A DNA stretch of 64,000 nt from Candidatus Falkowbacteria bacterium (GTDB taxonomy: Bacteria; Patescibacteriota; Patescibacteriia; Patescibacteriales; GWE2-39-37). The position numbers and the translations under genes are program-made. Shown here piece by piece: positions 52,794-62,179 of this stretch. The stretch covers positions 13,863 to 77,862 of the forward strand of contig JAAXUA010000005.1 of assembly GCA_013336275.1 (NCBI GenBank), written 5' to 3'. The notes beneath the pieces are model-generated. The model saw only the letters and a list, made by a program, of their open reading frames with translations. It was not told the origin of the DNA and searched no databases. Positions within the stretch are counted from its first letter, which is position 1, and the number at the start of each line of letters is the position of its first letter.

Positions 52794-53537
52794 ATGAACC
52801 AGACGGAACTGTTGGACGAAGCGAGAAAGAAGATTATCGTAGCAATGGACGTACCGGACATTTTTGCGGCACATCGGGTCGCAAGACCGCTAGCTCCGCA
52901 TGTCGGCATGTTCAAGATCGGCAAGCAACTCTTCACCGCTTGCGGACCGGAAGTTATCAAGCTGATCAAAGGTATGGGCGGGGAAGTCTTCCTCGATCTC
53001 AAGTACCACGACATCCCCAACACTGTCGCCATGGCAGGGCTCGAAGCAGCCAGGCTCGGCGTCAAGATGTTCAACCTGCACGCCCTGGGCGGTCCGGAGA
53101 TGATGGAAACGACCATGAAGGCTCTGCGCGCCGAGTATCCCGACCCGGAGAATCGTCCCAAAGTCCTGGCCGTCACCATCCTCACCTCTTCTAATCAGGA
53201 AACGCTCAAAGCTGTCGGCATCGACCTCCCGGTAAAAGAGATGGTCGTCAAGCTGGCCAAGCTGGCCCAGGCCTGCGGCGTCGATGGCGTCGTCTGTTCG
53301 CCTCAGGAAATCGAGCTGATCCGCGAAGCCTGCGGTCCTGATTTCCTGATCGTCACGCCGGGCATCCGTCCGGCCGACGCTAAAGCCGACGACCAGAAGC
53401 GCATCGCCACCCCGGGAGCAGCCGTAGCAGCCGGATCCAACTATTTGGTCATCGGCCGCCCGATCATCGAGCAGCCCGACCCCGTAGCCGCCGCACAGGC
53501 CATAACGGAAGAGATCGTCCAGGTATTGCAGCAGTAA
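52794..53537 (+). CDS. pyrF: orotidine-5'-phosphate decarboxylase
   Basis: KIIVAMDV, MFKIGKQLF, FLDLKYHDIPNTV, YLVIGRPI canonical motifs. Start set to ATG 52794 (AAGGGGG upstream); the track ORF starts at 52758. Confidence 0.9.
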   Translation: MNQTELLDEARKKIIVAMDVPDIFAAHRVARPLAPHVGMFKIGKQLFTACGPEVIKLIKGMGGEVFLDLKYHDIPNTVAMAGLEAARLGVKMFNLHALGGPEMMETTMKALRAEYPDPENRPKVLAVTILTSSNQETLKAVGIDLPVKEMVVKLAKLAQACGVDGVVCSPQEIELIREACGPDFLIVTPGIRPADAKADDQKRIATPGAAVAAGSNYLVIGRPIIEQPDPVAAAQAITEEIVQVLQQ

Positions 53538-53605
53538 TCAGTATTTACGAAACATTTCAGGTAAAAGGCAAACCATCAACCACGCAGCAGAAAAAGGAGG
53601 TACGC

Positions 53606-54397
53606 ATGAGCGCAAGCGGATCAGCAGGGGGTAAGGGGCAAGTGCAATTGCTGAAAAGAAAGATCCGTCCTGAGATAGTTGAAGGACTGGACAACACGCT
53701 TAAGCGTTGTGGCGGTTTCTATGAGACGCCGAAAGACGCGGAAGGCAAGCGGCTCGGACCGTTGGTCGGCTACGCCGGCAAGTATGATGTCGGCGACGGA
53801 TCGCAAGCGCATTATGTCGGCGAAATATTCTTCAACTGCGCCAAGCTCGAGCAGTGGCCGTTCATTCTGGACGAATACGCCGAAAAGCTGCGCCGTCTCC
53901 AACTCACCGGAGTTAACGGCTATCATAGCTTTCCCATATTTCTTGGCATGCCTATGGGCGGCATCACCTTTGCACAGGCTCTGGCCCGCGCCGACTCGTA
54001 CGCCCGAGCCATCTACGCCGAGAAGAAGGTGATTGAAGCGGAGACCGCGACCCAGCGCGAGCAAAGCATCCTGGTCTTCGACAGACACACGCCTGAGCCG
54101 GGCGACCATGTCATCATTACCGAAGACGTGGTCAACAACTTTTCGACCACCAGCAAGGCGATCAAGCTCATCCTCGATGCACAGGCAGTCCCGATTGCCA
54201 TCGCTTGCATCAAGAACCGGTCTGAATTGACGGAGTATGAGTATGAGGGAATCAGACTGCCAGTTCTGTCGTTTGACCATTCGCCGGCCAAGCAGTATCG
54301 TCAGGACGACCCTTACGTCGCGGCCGACATCGCTGCGGGAAACATCGTCTGGAAACCCAAGAACAGCTGGGAAAAAATCGAACCTTTTATACAGTAA
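53606..54397 (+). CDS. orotate phosphoribosyltransferase-like type I PRTase (atypically long)
   Basis: 263 aa; PRPP loop HVIITEDVVNNFSTTSKAI; AAGGAGG upstream; genomic context next to pyrF. Confidence 0.6.
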   Translation: MSASGSAGGKGQVQLLKRKIRPEIVEGLDNTLKRCGGFYETPKDAEGKRLGPLVGYAGKYDVGDGSQAHYVGEIFFNCAKLEQWPFILDEYAEKLRRLQLTGVNGYHSFPIFLGMPMGGITFAQALARADSYARAIYAEKKVIEAETATQREQSILVFDRHTPEPGDHVIITEDVVNNFSTTSKAIKLILDAQAVPIAIACIKNRSELTEYEYEGIRLPVLSFDHSPAKQYRQDDPYVAADIAAGNIVWKPKNSWEKIEPFIQ

Positions 54398-54531
54398 TCA
54401 TACCGATGATACTGTCCGGGGGATGCGCGCGCATCCCCCTTTTTTATTTTGCCAGAAGCCGGAAAGTCAGTTATAATAAGGTCAATTAGGCTTTATTTAT
54501 TAAAAATCGACCATTGTTCGGTTATAAATGT

Positions 54532-55185
54532 ATGGTTAAAAAACCAGTAGCTAAGAAAAATAGCGAAAAAAAGCCAAAAAAAGTCAAGAAAGCCCTGCCG
54601 ATTTCCCCCAAGATCATCGCCTATCTGGAAAAGGCCGGCGTGCCCCATGAGGTAATCGCGCACAAGACCGTTTATACGGCTTTTGACGCGGCCCAGACCC
54701 TTAGGCGCAAGCTTTCGGAGATTGCCAAGTCGCTTCTGGTCAAGGCGGACCAGGATTATTTCGTCGTCATCTTGCCGGCTGATCACAACCTGGATATCAA
54801 GAAGCTCCAGGCCGCGATCGGCAAGCAGACCAAAAAGGTTATCAAGGTCATTAAGATTCCGGGTGAAGATATCGTAGAACAGATTACCAAGACCAAGAAC
54901 CAGGCCCTGACCGCCTTCGGCGGCTTGCACAATCTGCCAGTCATTATCGATGAGAATTTGGCCAAGGCCAAGAAGGCGATCTTTTCGGCCGGCAATTCCA
55001 ACCATTCGATCGAAGCGGCAGTCAAGGATTTCATCAAGGCCGAGCAGGCGGCTGTCGCCAAGTTCGGCGTGAAGCGCGTCATCAAAAAGGTAAAGAAGGC
55101 CGTTGCTAAGCCGAAAGCTAAGCCGGCGGTGAAGAAGGTCGCGGCCAAGAAGGCTGTCGCGAAGAAGCCGGCTAAGAAAAAATAA
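54532..55185 (+). CDS. YbaK/ProX-type aminoacyl-tRNA deacylase domain protein with Lys/Ala-rich N- and C-terminal tails
   Basis: Core HKTVYTAFDAAQTL...IAKSLLVKAD...FVVILPADHNLDIKKL...SAGNSNHSI. Tails KKPVAKKNSEKKPKKVKK and KKAVAKPKAKPAVKKVAAKKAVAKKPAKKK; first in-frame ATG is 54532. Confidence 0.7.
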   Translation: MVKKPVAKKNSEKKPKKVKKALPISPKIIAYLEKAGVPHEVIAHKTVYTAFDAAQTLRRKLSEIAKSLLVKADQDYFVVILPADHNLDIKKLQAAIGKQTKKVIKVIKIPGEDIVEQITKTKNQALTAFGGLHNLPVIIDENLAKAKKAIFSAGNSNHSIEAAVKDFIKAEQAAVAKFGVKRVIKKVKKAVAKPKAKPAVKKVAAKKAVAKKPAKKK

Positions 55186-55203
55186 ACCGATCGCACATAG
55201 CCA

Positions 55204-55908
55204 ATGATCATAAAGCTTGAAAAATTCGAGGGCCCGTTGTCTCTCCTCTATCAATTGATCGAGAAGGAAGAGCTAGACATCACCCAGGTCAGCCTGGCCA
55301 AGGTGGCGGACCAGTACATGTTCTACATCAAGGCGATGTCCGAGGCCAATCCCGAGGAGATGGCTGATTTTTTGGTGGTCGCGGCGCGGCTACTCTTGAT
55401 CAAGTCCAAAGCGTTGCTGCCTTATCTATATCCGGAAGAGGAAGAGGAAATCGCCGAGCTCGAACATCAGCTCAAGATGTACCAGGAGTTCTTGGAGGCG
55501 ACCAAGGTGATTTCTGCCATGATCGGCAAAAAGCATTTCATGTTCGCTCGCCCATTCAACCGTAAGGCCGCCCTGTACGTCGATAACCAATTCTCGCCGC
55601 CGAAAAATCTGGTCAAAAGCCTGATCGCTACCGTCTTTGAGGAGTTGCTGACGCGCATCAAGCCGGCAGAAACGGCGCTTGAAGAGAAAATTTTGGAACG
55701 AAAAATCAATATCGAAGAGAAGATACTCCTAATTGAGCAGCGTTTGCTTGAGCGCATGAAGGTCGGGTTCAACCAACTGATCGCGGAGGCCGAGAACAAG
55801 ACCGAAATCATCGTCTCTTTCCTGGCTATGCTCGAGCTGGTGCGCATGCGGCAGATCGACGTCAATCAGGACGAGATGTTCGGCGATATCGAAATCAGCA
55901 AGTTATAA
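55204..55908 (+). CDS. scpA: segregation and condensation protein A
   Basis: KLEKFEGPLSLLYQLIEKEELDITQVSLAKVADQY. Confidence 0.88.
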   Translation: MIIKLEKFEGPLSLLYQLIEKEELDITQVSLAKVADQYMFYIKAMSEANPEEMADFLVVAARLLLIKSKALLPYLYPEEEEEIAELEHQLKMYQEFLEATKVISAMIGKKHFMFARPFNRKAALYVDNQFSPPKNLVKSLIATVFEELLTRIKPAETALEEKILERKINIEEKILLIEQRLLERMKVGFNQLIAEAENKTEIIVSFLAMLELVRMRQIDVNQDEMFGDIEISKL

Positions 55909-55920
55909 TTAAATTAGCAT

Positions 55921-56472
55921 ATGGATAACCTTAAGTCGCAAATAGAATCGCTGTTATTCATCTCCGCCAAGGCGATGACACTGAAGACGATTGCGGATCT
56001 GACCGGCACCCAGCCGAAAGAGGTGGAAAAAGCCGGCGAAGAGATGATCGAGCAGTACAAGCAGTCGGGCAGCGGCATGCAGATCATTCGCAATGGCAAC
56101 AGCTTGCAGATGGTCAGTGCGCCGGAGAATGCCAAACTGATCCAGGATTTCATCAAGGACGAGACGACCGGCGAGCTGTCGCGGCCGAGCTTGGAGACTT
56201 TGACGATCATCGCCTATCGCGGTCCGATATCCAAGCTGGACATCGACCGCATCCGCGGCATCAACTGCAGCCTGATCCTGCGCAATCTTCTCCTGCGCGG
56301 CCTGATCGAGAGCAAGCACGACAAGACCAAGGACGACGCCTATTTCTCGGTCACTTTCGATTTTATCCGCTTTTTGGGCCTGAATGACGTGAAAGAATTG
56401 CCTGATTACGAGCGTTTGCATAAGGATGATACGATTGATCGCATGTTGGAGCAGCCGGAGGTCGCAGTATAA
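55921..56472 (+). CDS. scpB: segregation and condensation protein B
   Basis: IESLLFISAKAMTLKTIADLTG; LSRPSLETLTIIAYRGPISKLDIDRIRG. Confidence 0.88.
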   Translation: MDNLKSQIESLLFISAKAMTLKTIADLTGTQPKEVEKAGEEMIEQYKQSGSGMQIIRNGNSLQMVSAPENAKLIQDFIKDETTGELSRPSLETLTIIAYRGPISKLDIDRIRGINCSLILRNLLLRGLIESKHDKTKDDAYFSVTFDFIRFLGLNDVKELPDYERLHKDDTIDRMLEQPEVAV

Positions 56473-56487
56473 ACAAGACGTTCAATT

Positions 56488-57516
56488 ATGTTTTTAGCCA
56501 GTCTTCTAGGGGGAGTGATCTCCTCCATATTTTTCTTAAACATCAGCTTGAGTGTTCCTGATTGGCACATGCCGCAGGAGCCGATTTTGCCATGGGTCAA
56601 AAAGGAGCGCATCGACCAGGCCATACATTGGTCGACTGAATTGCTGGTCGGCCGCACGGCCTTGGCCTTGATCGGCCATCGGCAGATGCTCCGTCTCACC
56701 AATAACGGCTTGCCGATCGCTGGTCTGCGGATGCCGGTCCGACGCGATGCCAGTTCGACCGATCCCTTAGTCAATGCATCATCAAGCATCGTCCTTGACG
56801 GCATGAACGAGATGGTGCTTTTCGCCAAGAACGAGAAGGCGGTCTGGCCGATTGCCAGCATCACCAAGCTTGTTACGGCCATGGTTTTTCTGGATCATAA
56901 TCCCGGATGGGACAAGGTCTATGAGATGCGCCCGAGCGATCGGCGCGATGGCGGCAAGATCTATCTGTTCAACGGAGACCAGGTTAAGGTCAAGGATCTT
57001 TTCTATCTGAGCTTGGTCGCCTCAGGCAATAGTGAAACGGTGGCTTTGGCAAATTCGACAGGCCTGACGACTGAGGAGTTCGTAGCCAAGATGAACGAGA
57101 AGATGCGCGACCTGGGATTGAACCAGAGTTCGTTCGCCGACGTTGTCGGTTTGTCTGACCAGAACGTCTCGAATGCCCAGGAGGTGGCGCTGATCGCCAA
57201 GACAGCTTTGGCTCAAAAGGAGATCAAGGATGCGACCCTGACCGACAGCTATCGCACCAAGACTTTGGCAGGCAAGGAGGTTTTTGCGCAGAGCACGGAT
57301 AAGCTCCTTGATGATGAGTTCAGTGACGGCATTACTCTTCTAGGCGGCAAGACCGGGCACATCATCAAGGCAGGGTATTGCTTCGTGGGAATATTCGCTA
57401 ATTCTAGCCGTAATCCAGTCATCTCGGTAATTCTTGGCAGCCCTAGCGATGCCTCGCGCTTTCATGAAGCTTACCGTCTGGCTGACTGGACCTATCGGAA
57501 TTATCGCTGGCAATAG
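56488..57516 (+). CDS. D-alanyl-D-alanine carboxypeptidase (S11, PBP5-like)
   Basis: SxxK ASITK, SxN SGNSE, KTG GGKTGH motifs; N-terminal TM anchor. Confidence 0.85.
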   Translation: MFLASLLGGVISSIFFLNISLSVPDWHMPQEPILPWVKKERIDQAIHWSTELLVGRTALALIGHRQMLRLTNNGLPIAGLRMPVRRDASSTDPLVNASSSIVLDGMNEMVLFAKNEKAVWPIASITKLVTAMVFLDHNPGWDKVYEMRPSDRRDGGKIYLFNGDQVKVKDLFYLSLVASGNSETVALANSTGLTTEEFVAKMNEKMRDLGLNQSSFADVVGLSDQNVSNAQEVALIAKTALAQKEIKDATLTDSYRTKTLAGKEVFAQSTDKLLDDEFSDGITLLGGKTGHIIKAGYCFVGIFANSSRNPVISVILGSPSDASRFHEAYRLADWTYRNYRWQ

Positions 57517-57564
57517 CGGCTAAGCGTGCTATAATATATATGATTAATTTTTTAATGAAATATC

Positions 57565-58356
57565 ATGGAAAAAGATAACAAGGGGCGATCCAAGGTCGTC
57601 GTGGCCAACTGGAAGATGAAGCTCGGACTCAAGGAAAGCGTCGAATTGGCCAAAGAGATGAAAGAGCTATTCACGGATTTCAAGAAGGCGCGAGTCGGCG
57701 TTTGTCCTAATTTCTTATCCATCAAAGATGTCAAAGAGGTCTTGAAAGATACCCCGATTGCGGTCGGCGCCCAAGATATTTTCTGGGAAGACCGCGGTGC
57801 CTATACCGGCGAGGTCTCGGCCAGCATGCTCATCGAGGCCGGCTGCGAATACGTGATCATCGGACACTCGGAAAGGCGCAAGTATATGTTAGAGAACTAC
57901 GAGATGATCCACCAGAAGCTCAAGGCGGTTTTGAATACCGACGGCCTGACACCGATCGTCTGTTTGGGCGAGAGCGAGGATGAGCGCAAGACCGATCGCC
58001 GCGATTTCGTCTTGGTACACCAGTTGCAGCAGTCGCTTGGCGGCATTAACCTTTTGGAAAATCAGCGCATCATCGTCGCTTACGAACCGATCTGGGCGAT
58101 CGGTTCCGGCATCGCCATCGAACCGGAAGAGGCAGTTTATGCCCACAAGATCATCAAGCTGACACTGAACGACATGTTCGGCCCGCAAGTCTCGAGCAAC
58201 AATTTCCAAATCATTTACGGCGGCAGCATCTCGAGCAAGAACGTTAAGGACTTCGTCAATCTCGAGAATATCGACGGCCTTTTGGTCGGCGGCGCCAGTC
58301 TCGACGCCAAGGAGTTCCACAAGGTGGCCAAGGCCATGCTGACCTGCTGCTCATAA
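57565..58356 (+). CDS. tpiA: triosephosphate isomerase
   Basis: VVANWKMK, IIGHSERR, AYEPIWAIGSG, GGASL motifs. Confidence 0.95.
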   Translation: MEKDNKGRSKVVVANWKMKLGLKESVELAKEMKELFTDFKKARVGVCPNFLSIKDVKEVLKDTPIAVGAQDIFWEDRGAYTGEVSASMLIEAGCEYVIIGHSERRKYMLENYEMIHQKLKAVLNTDGLTPIVCLGESEDERKTDRRDFVLVHQLQQSLGGINLLENQRIIVAYEPIWAIGSGIAIEPEEAVYAHKIIKLTLNDMFGPQVSSNNFQIIYGGSISSKNVKDFVNLENIDGLLVGGASLDAKEFHKVAKAMLTCCS

Positions 58357-58377
58357 TTAACCATCAAAGAATAACCC

Positions 58378-59244
58378 ATGCTAGTCCACATCAAGAACAT
58401 AGTTGAAGATGCCCGCAAGAAGGGCTACGCGGTCGGATCGTTCAATATCCACAACGTCGAGACGGCGCTGGGCGTCGCTCATGCCGCGCAGAACAACTGC
58501 TCGCCGGCCATTATCCAAGTCTCGGAAAGCACGATCAAATATCTGGGCCTGAAGCCGGTGACCCATATCGTGTCTACTGTGGCCAAGAATATCGCGCCAG
58601 ACATGCCGATCGCCCTGCATCTAGATCACGGCAAGAGTTTCGCCTCGGTCGTCGAGTGCATCAATGCCGGTTTCAGCTCGGTCCATATCGACGCCTCTGA
58701 CCTGCCCATCGATGAGAATATCGCCCTGACCAAGCAGGTGGTCGAATTCGGCCATAGCAAGGGCGTGTGGGTCCAAGGTGAGGTCGGAGCTATGGTGGGA
58801 GGTCATGGCAGCGTTGGCGGCGAAATCGATATTCCCAAGGCCAAGCTCGAGGACGTAATCCGTTTCGCTGAGGAGACGGGGGTCGACACCATCGCTGCCG
58901 CCATCGGTACGGCCCACGGCGCTTACACTAACGAAGCTATAGATTTCGAGCTCTTGCGTAAAATCAAGGAAAAGGTTAAGATACCTTTCATTCTTCATGG
59001 CGGGTCAGGGAATGACGACAACGAGATGCGCCAGGCCATCAAGGGCGGAGTCGATGTCATCAATATCGGCACCGACATCAAAGTGGCATTCTGCCGCACT
59101 CTGATCAAGAACTGCAAAGACAACCCTGACGAGACTGATCCGCGTAACCTGCTGTCACCGACAATCGCGGCTGTCGAAGCCGTGGTGGCGGAAAAAATGA
59201 AGGTCTTCGGCTGCGCGTTCTGCATCCCCAAGCCGAAAAAATAA
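58378..59244 (+). CDS. fba: class II fructose-bisphosphate aldolase
   Basis: GYAVGSFNIHNVE, ALHLDHG, GTAHGAY, LHGGSG motifs. Confidence 0.92.
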   Translation: MLVHIKNIVEDARKKGYAVGSFNIHNVETALGVAHAAQNNCSPAIIQVSESTIKYLGLKPVTHIVSTVAKNIAPDMPIALHLDHGKSFASVVECINAGFSSVHIDASDLPIDENIALTKQVVEFGHSKGVWVQGEVGAMVGGHGSVGGEIDIPKAKLEDVIRFAEETGVDTIAAAIGTAHGAYTNEAIDFELLRKIKEKVKIPFILHGGSGNDDNEMRQAIKGGVDVINIGTDIKVAFCRTLIKNCKDNPDETDPRNLLSPTIAAVEAVVAEKMKVFGCAFCIPKPKK

Positions 59245-59251
59245 ATAAACT

Positions 59252-60124
59252 ATGTACGATATTATCCCTCTAATCTTAATGTTGGTCAGTTTCGGCGTGA
59301 TGGCAGTCATTGCCATCAGAAAATTTCCGGCACTGGCCAGTCTTGACGTCGAAAATATTCCGGCTGAAAAAGAAGCCCGCTTCAAGGAGCGGATTTTAAG
59401 CAACCGCCTGAAGCGTAACGTCTTGCGCTGGTATGCCAAGGTCGCCCGTTTCACCCGGCCGGTTTTCGGCTGGCTATCGGAAGTCCTGAAGTCGCTCTAC
59501 GCCAAGCTCCACGACCTTAAGGAGAAATATCGGACCGAACAGCCCTCCACTCCCGAAGACGCAGAAAAGCGCATCGCGGCCTTGTATGAGGAGTCAGAAG
59601 AGCTGCGCCGCCAGGAGGATTACGGGCCGGCCGAAAAGAAATTGATTGAGATTATCAGCATCGACAGTAAGAATATCAAGGCCTTTAAGGCGCTCGGCCA
59701 TCTGTATGTCGAGCGCAAGGACCTGGAAGAGGCCAAACAGACCTTCGAGCACATCTTGAAGCTGAAGGCTGACGACGAAGAAGCCTATGAAGACCTGGCC
59801 TTGGTGGCCCAGGCCTCGGGCAACCTCGAGCTGGCCAAATCCGACTATCTCCGCTCGCTCGAGATCAATAACCAGAGGGCCCAGACCTACTACCATCTGG
59901 CCTTGGTTTATGAAGAGACTGGCGATATGTTCAGCGCGGCGGACAATATGAAACTGGCTTTGAAGCTTGAGCCTAATAATCCCCGTTATCTTGACACTAC
60001 GCTAAGAATCAGTATAATAATAAAGGATAAAGTTTTGGCGCTGGAAGCTTATGACCGGTTCCTTAAGGTCAACCCGGAAAACCAGAAATTAAGCGAATTT
60101 AAGCGACAAATTGACGAAATTTAG
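59252..60124 (+). CDS. membrane-anchored tetratricopeptide-repeat protein
   Basis: N-terminal TM helix; repeated A..Y..LG/A...P TPR-like 34-mers (AFKALGHLYVERKDLEEAKQTFEHILKLKADDEEAY...). Confidence 0.7.
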   Translation: MYDIIPLILMLVSFGVMAVIAIRKFPALASLDVENIPAEKEARFKERILSNRLKRNVLRWYAKVARFTRPVFGWLSEVLKSLYAKLHDLKEKYRTEQPSTPEDAEKRIAALYEESEELRRQEDYGPAEKKLIEIISIDSKNIKAFKALGHLYVERKDLEEAKQTFEHILKLKADDEEAYEDLALVAQASGNLELAKSDYLRSLEINNQRAQTYYHLALVYEETGDMFSAADNMKLALKLEPNNPRYLDTTLRISIIIKDKVLALEAYDRFLKVNPENQKLSEFKRQIDEI

Positions 60125-60214
60125 CTTATTGCTAGATAACTATACAAAAAGCCTTTGGCTTTTTTATATTTGAAAAGTTCACTGCCGTCCGTGGCCTAGG
60201 CTAGGGACAAATTT

Positions 60215-60286
<72 letters not shown>

Positions 60287-60302
60287 CACGTTATTTAAAT
60301 TT

Positions 60303-60385
60303 GGGTCGATACCAAAGCGGTCAACTGGGGCAGACTGTAAATCTGCTGGCTTTCGCCTTCGCATGTTCGAATCATGCTCGGCCCA
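60303..60385 (+). tRNA. tRNA-Tyr (anticodon GTA, long variable arm)
   Basis: Acceptor GGGTCGA/TCGGCCC, anticodon arm GCAGA-CTGTAAA-TCTGC, 14-nt variable arm, T-arm GCATG-TTCGAAT-CATGC. Confidence 0.9.
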
Positions 60386-60471
60386 CCGAAACAGTCTTTG
60401 CTTGCTTGCGCCTACCTTCGGCTGAAATGCCGGCAACCGAGCGGACTGCATATTAAATCGAAACAACGCAT

Positions 60472-60627
60472 ATGAGCCAAGATAACATGATCAAGCTGGA
60501 GTGCACCGAGTGCAAGACGATCAATTATTTTTCTCGGAAAAATAAGAAGACTCTGAAGACGCGCTTGGAAATGAACAAGTTCTGCAAGCACTGTGGCAAG
60601 CACACCGGCCACAAAGAAACCAAATAA
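60472..60627 (+). CDS. rpmG: 50S ribosomal protein L33 (51 aa, below track threshold; may start at the second ATG 60487)
   Basis: Own translation [51 protein letters not shown] (CxxC...CxxC L33 pattern). Confidence 0.88.
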   Translation: MSQDNMIKLECTECKTINYFSRKNKKTLKTRLEMNKFCKHCGKHTGHKETK

Positions 60628-60639
60628 AAGAAATTTGCT

Positions 60640-60672
60640 CAGAGCTCAAAATTATTTTTGAGCTCTGATTTT
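60640..60672 (+). terminator. hairpin plus short T-run after rpmG
   Basis: CAGAGCTCAAAA/TTTTGAGCTCTG 12-bp perfect stem, then ATTTT. Confidence 0.6.
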
Positions 60673-60743
60673 GCGGGGTTAGTATAATGGTAGTACGTGG
60701 GTCTCCAAAACCTATGGCGAGGGTTCGATTCCTTCACCCCGTG
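60673..60743 (+). tRNA. tRNA-Trp (anticodon CCA)
   Basis: Acceptor GCGGGGT/ACCCCGT (G1-U72), anticodon arm TGGGT-CTCCAAA-ACCTA, T-arm GAGGG-TTCGATT-CCTTC, discriminator G. Confidence 0.9.
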
Positions 60744-60746
60744 CAA

Positions 60747-60782
60747 ATAAAAAACAAGGCTAAAATTAGCCTTGTTTTTTTG
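60747..60782 (+). terminator. rho-independent terminator after tRNA-Trp
   Basis: AAAAAACAAGGCTA-AAAT-TAGCCTTGTTTTTTT. Confidence 0.8.
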
Positions 60783-60823
60783 TTAATATGCTCTTAATAT
60801 AATTGGATGTATAATAATATTAT

Positions 60824-61765
60824 ATGTTAAGATCAGAAACTTATATACTAAAGGATAAAATAAATGTTGGTATATCGGCCTGTAATTTTGGTGCCTTGGT
60901 TCGGTATAATCGAAAAGGCTGGGATAGACTTGAGTCTTTGGGTCGGGAAAAGGATGCTTTTATTTGGACGCCCGTCTGTCCTGAGGTGATGAGCGGTTTA
61001 GGAGTGCCGAGACATCCTATGAAACTGGTTGATGGTAATGGTGATGATTTTTGGCAGGGTAAGTCCAGAATGAAAAATAAAAAAGGTGAAAATATCTCAA
61101 ATCTGATCAAGGAGGGAGCACTGGCTGCTCTTGGGAATATCCAAAGAGCCAATGTCGAGGCTTTTGTTTTTATGGATGGCTCACCGAGTTGCGGTGTATA
61201 TCGCACATCGCTCAAGAATGCTAGGCTGGGTAAGCCACCGGGAATATTTGGTTCATTGCTTTTGAAAGAGCAATTATTTCTCATACCGTCGCTTGACCTC
61301 GACAGTCCGTTGAAATGGTGGGATTGGCGTAGAAGACTGCATGCCTTTGTTTGGCTCAAAAGAGAGAATGTGGAAAATAAAAATAAATTGACTGATATTT
61401 GGCATAATTATAAGTTTCTTTGTCAGGAGATCTCTAGGGTGCGCGCCGACAAACTTGGTCACCAGATTGCTGAAATTTCTCAAAAATCTACAGTCACGGA
61501 GCTTGAGGTTATCAAATCAGAGGTTCTGGAAATACTGCGTCTACCTTCAAGCATTAATCGCATCAAAGCGATGGCTGAAAAACAAATGGGCTTTTATTGT
61601 AAGCATTTAGGAGTTTGTTATGTGGAAAAACTGCCATCAGTTGATTCGGCTAAGCAGAAGTTTTTTGAAAAATTAATTGAGCTTGAAAAAATTGCTCTTA
61701 AAAACAATATTAATTACGGATTTGTCCCAGTAATATATCGGGACGAATCCAGACAAACTATATGA
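60824..61765 (+). CDS. DUF523 (TudS-like Fe-S) + DUF1722 (YbgA) fusion protein
   Basis: 313 aa; VGISACNFGALVRYN...PVCPEVMSGLGVPRHP...DGSPSCG DUF523 Cys pattern, then a helical YbgA-like C-terminal half. Confidence 0.65.
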   Translation: MLRSETYILKDKINVGISACNFGALVRYNRKGWDRLESLGREKDAFIWTPVCPEVMSGLGVPRHPMKLVDGNGDDFWQGKSRMKNKKGENISNLIKEGALAALGNIQRANVEAFVFMDGSPSCGVYRTSLKNARLGKPPGIFGSLLLKEQLFLIPSLDLDSPLKWWDWRRRLHAFVWLKRENVENKNKLTDIWHNYKFLCQEISRVRADKLGHQIAEISQKSTVTELEVIKSEVLEILRLPSSINRIKAMAEKQMGFYCKHLGVCYVEKLPSVDSAKQKFFEKLIELEKIALKNNINYGFVPVIYRDESRQTI

Positions 61766-62172
61766 ATATTTTAAATTTTGCCAAGCTTTACTTTGTTGCT
61801 GTCCCGATTTTCTTTGCTCTTGATATGCTTTGGCTGGTGGTTATTGCCAAGGATACCTATCAGAAATATATGGGCCACCTAATGAAGCCGATGCCGAACT
61901 GGCCAGTGGCCATTCTTTTTTACTTATTATTTTTGGTCGGTCTGATTATTTTTGCCATTTATCCAGCGGTGCGTGAAAACTCTTGGACATATGCCTTGCT
62001 GTACGGTGCCATGTTTGGTTTTTTTACCTATATGACCTTTGACTTGACCAGCCTTGCCGTGCTTAAGGATTATTCCTGGCAGATTACCATTATTGATATT
62101 ATCTGGGGCATCGTCTTGTCTTCAACTGTTTCTGTCGCCACGTTTTTTATTGGTAGAAATTTTTTTAACTAA
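61762..62172 (+). CDS. DUF2177 family membrane protein
   Basis: 136 aa, four TM helices; FFALDMLWLVVIAKDTYQKYMGHLM start typical of DUF2177; ATGA overlap with the previous gene. Confidence 0.6.
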   Translation: MNILNFAKLYFVAVPIFFALDMLWLVVIAKDTYQKYMGHLMKPMPNWPVAILFYLLFLVGLIIFAIYPAVRENSWTYALLYGAMFGFFTYMTFDLTSLAVLKDYSWQITIIDIIWGIVLSSTVSVATFFIGRNFFN

Positions 62173-62179
62173 TAATTAT

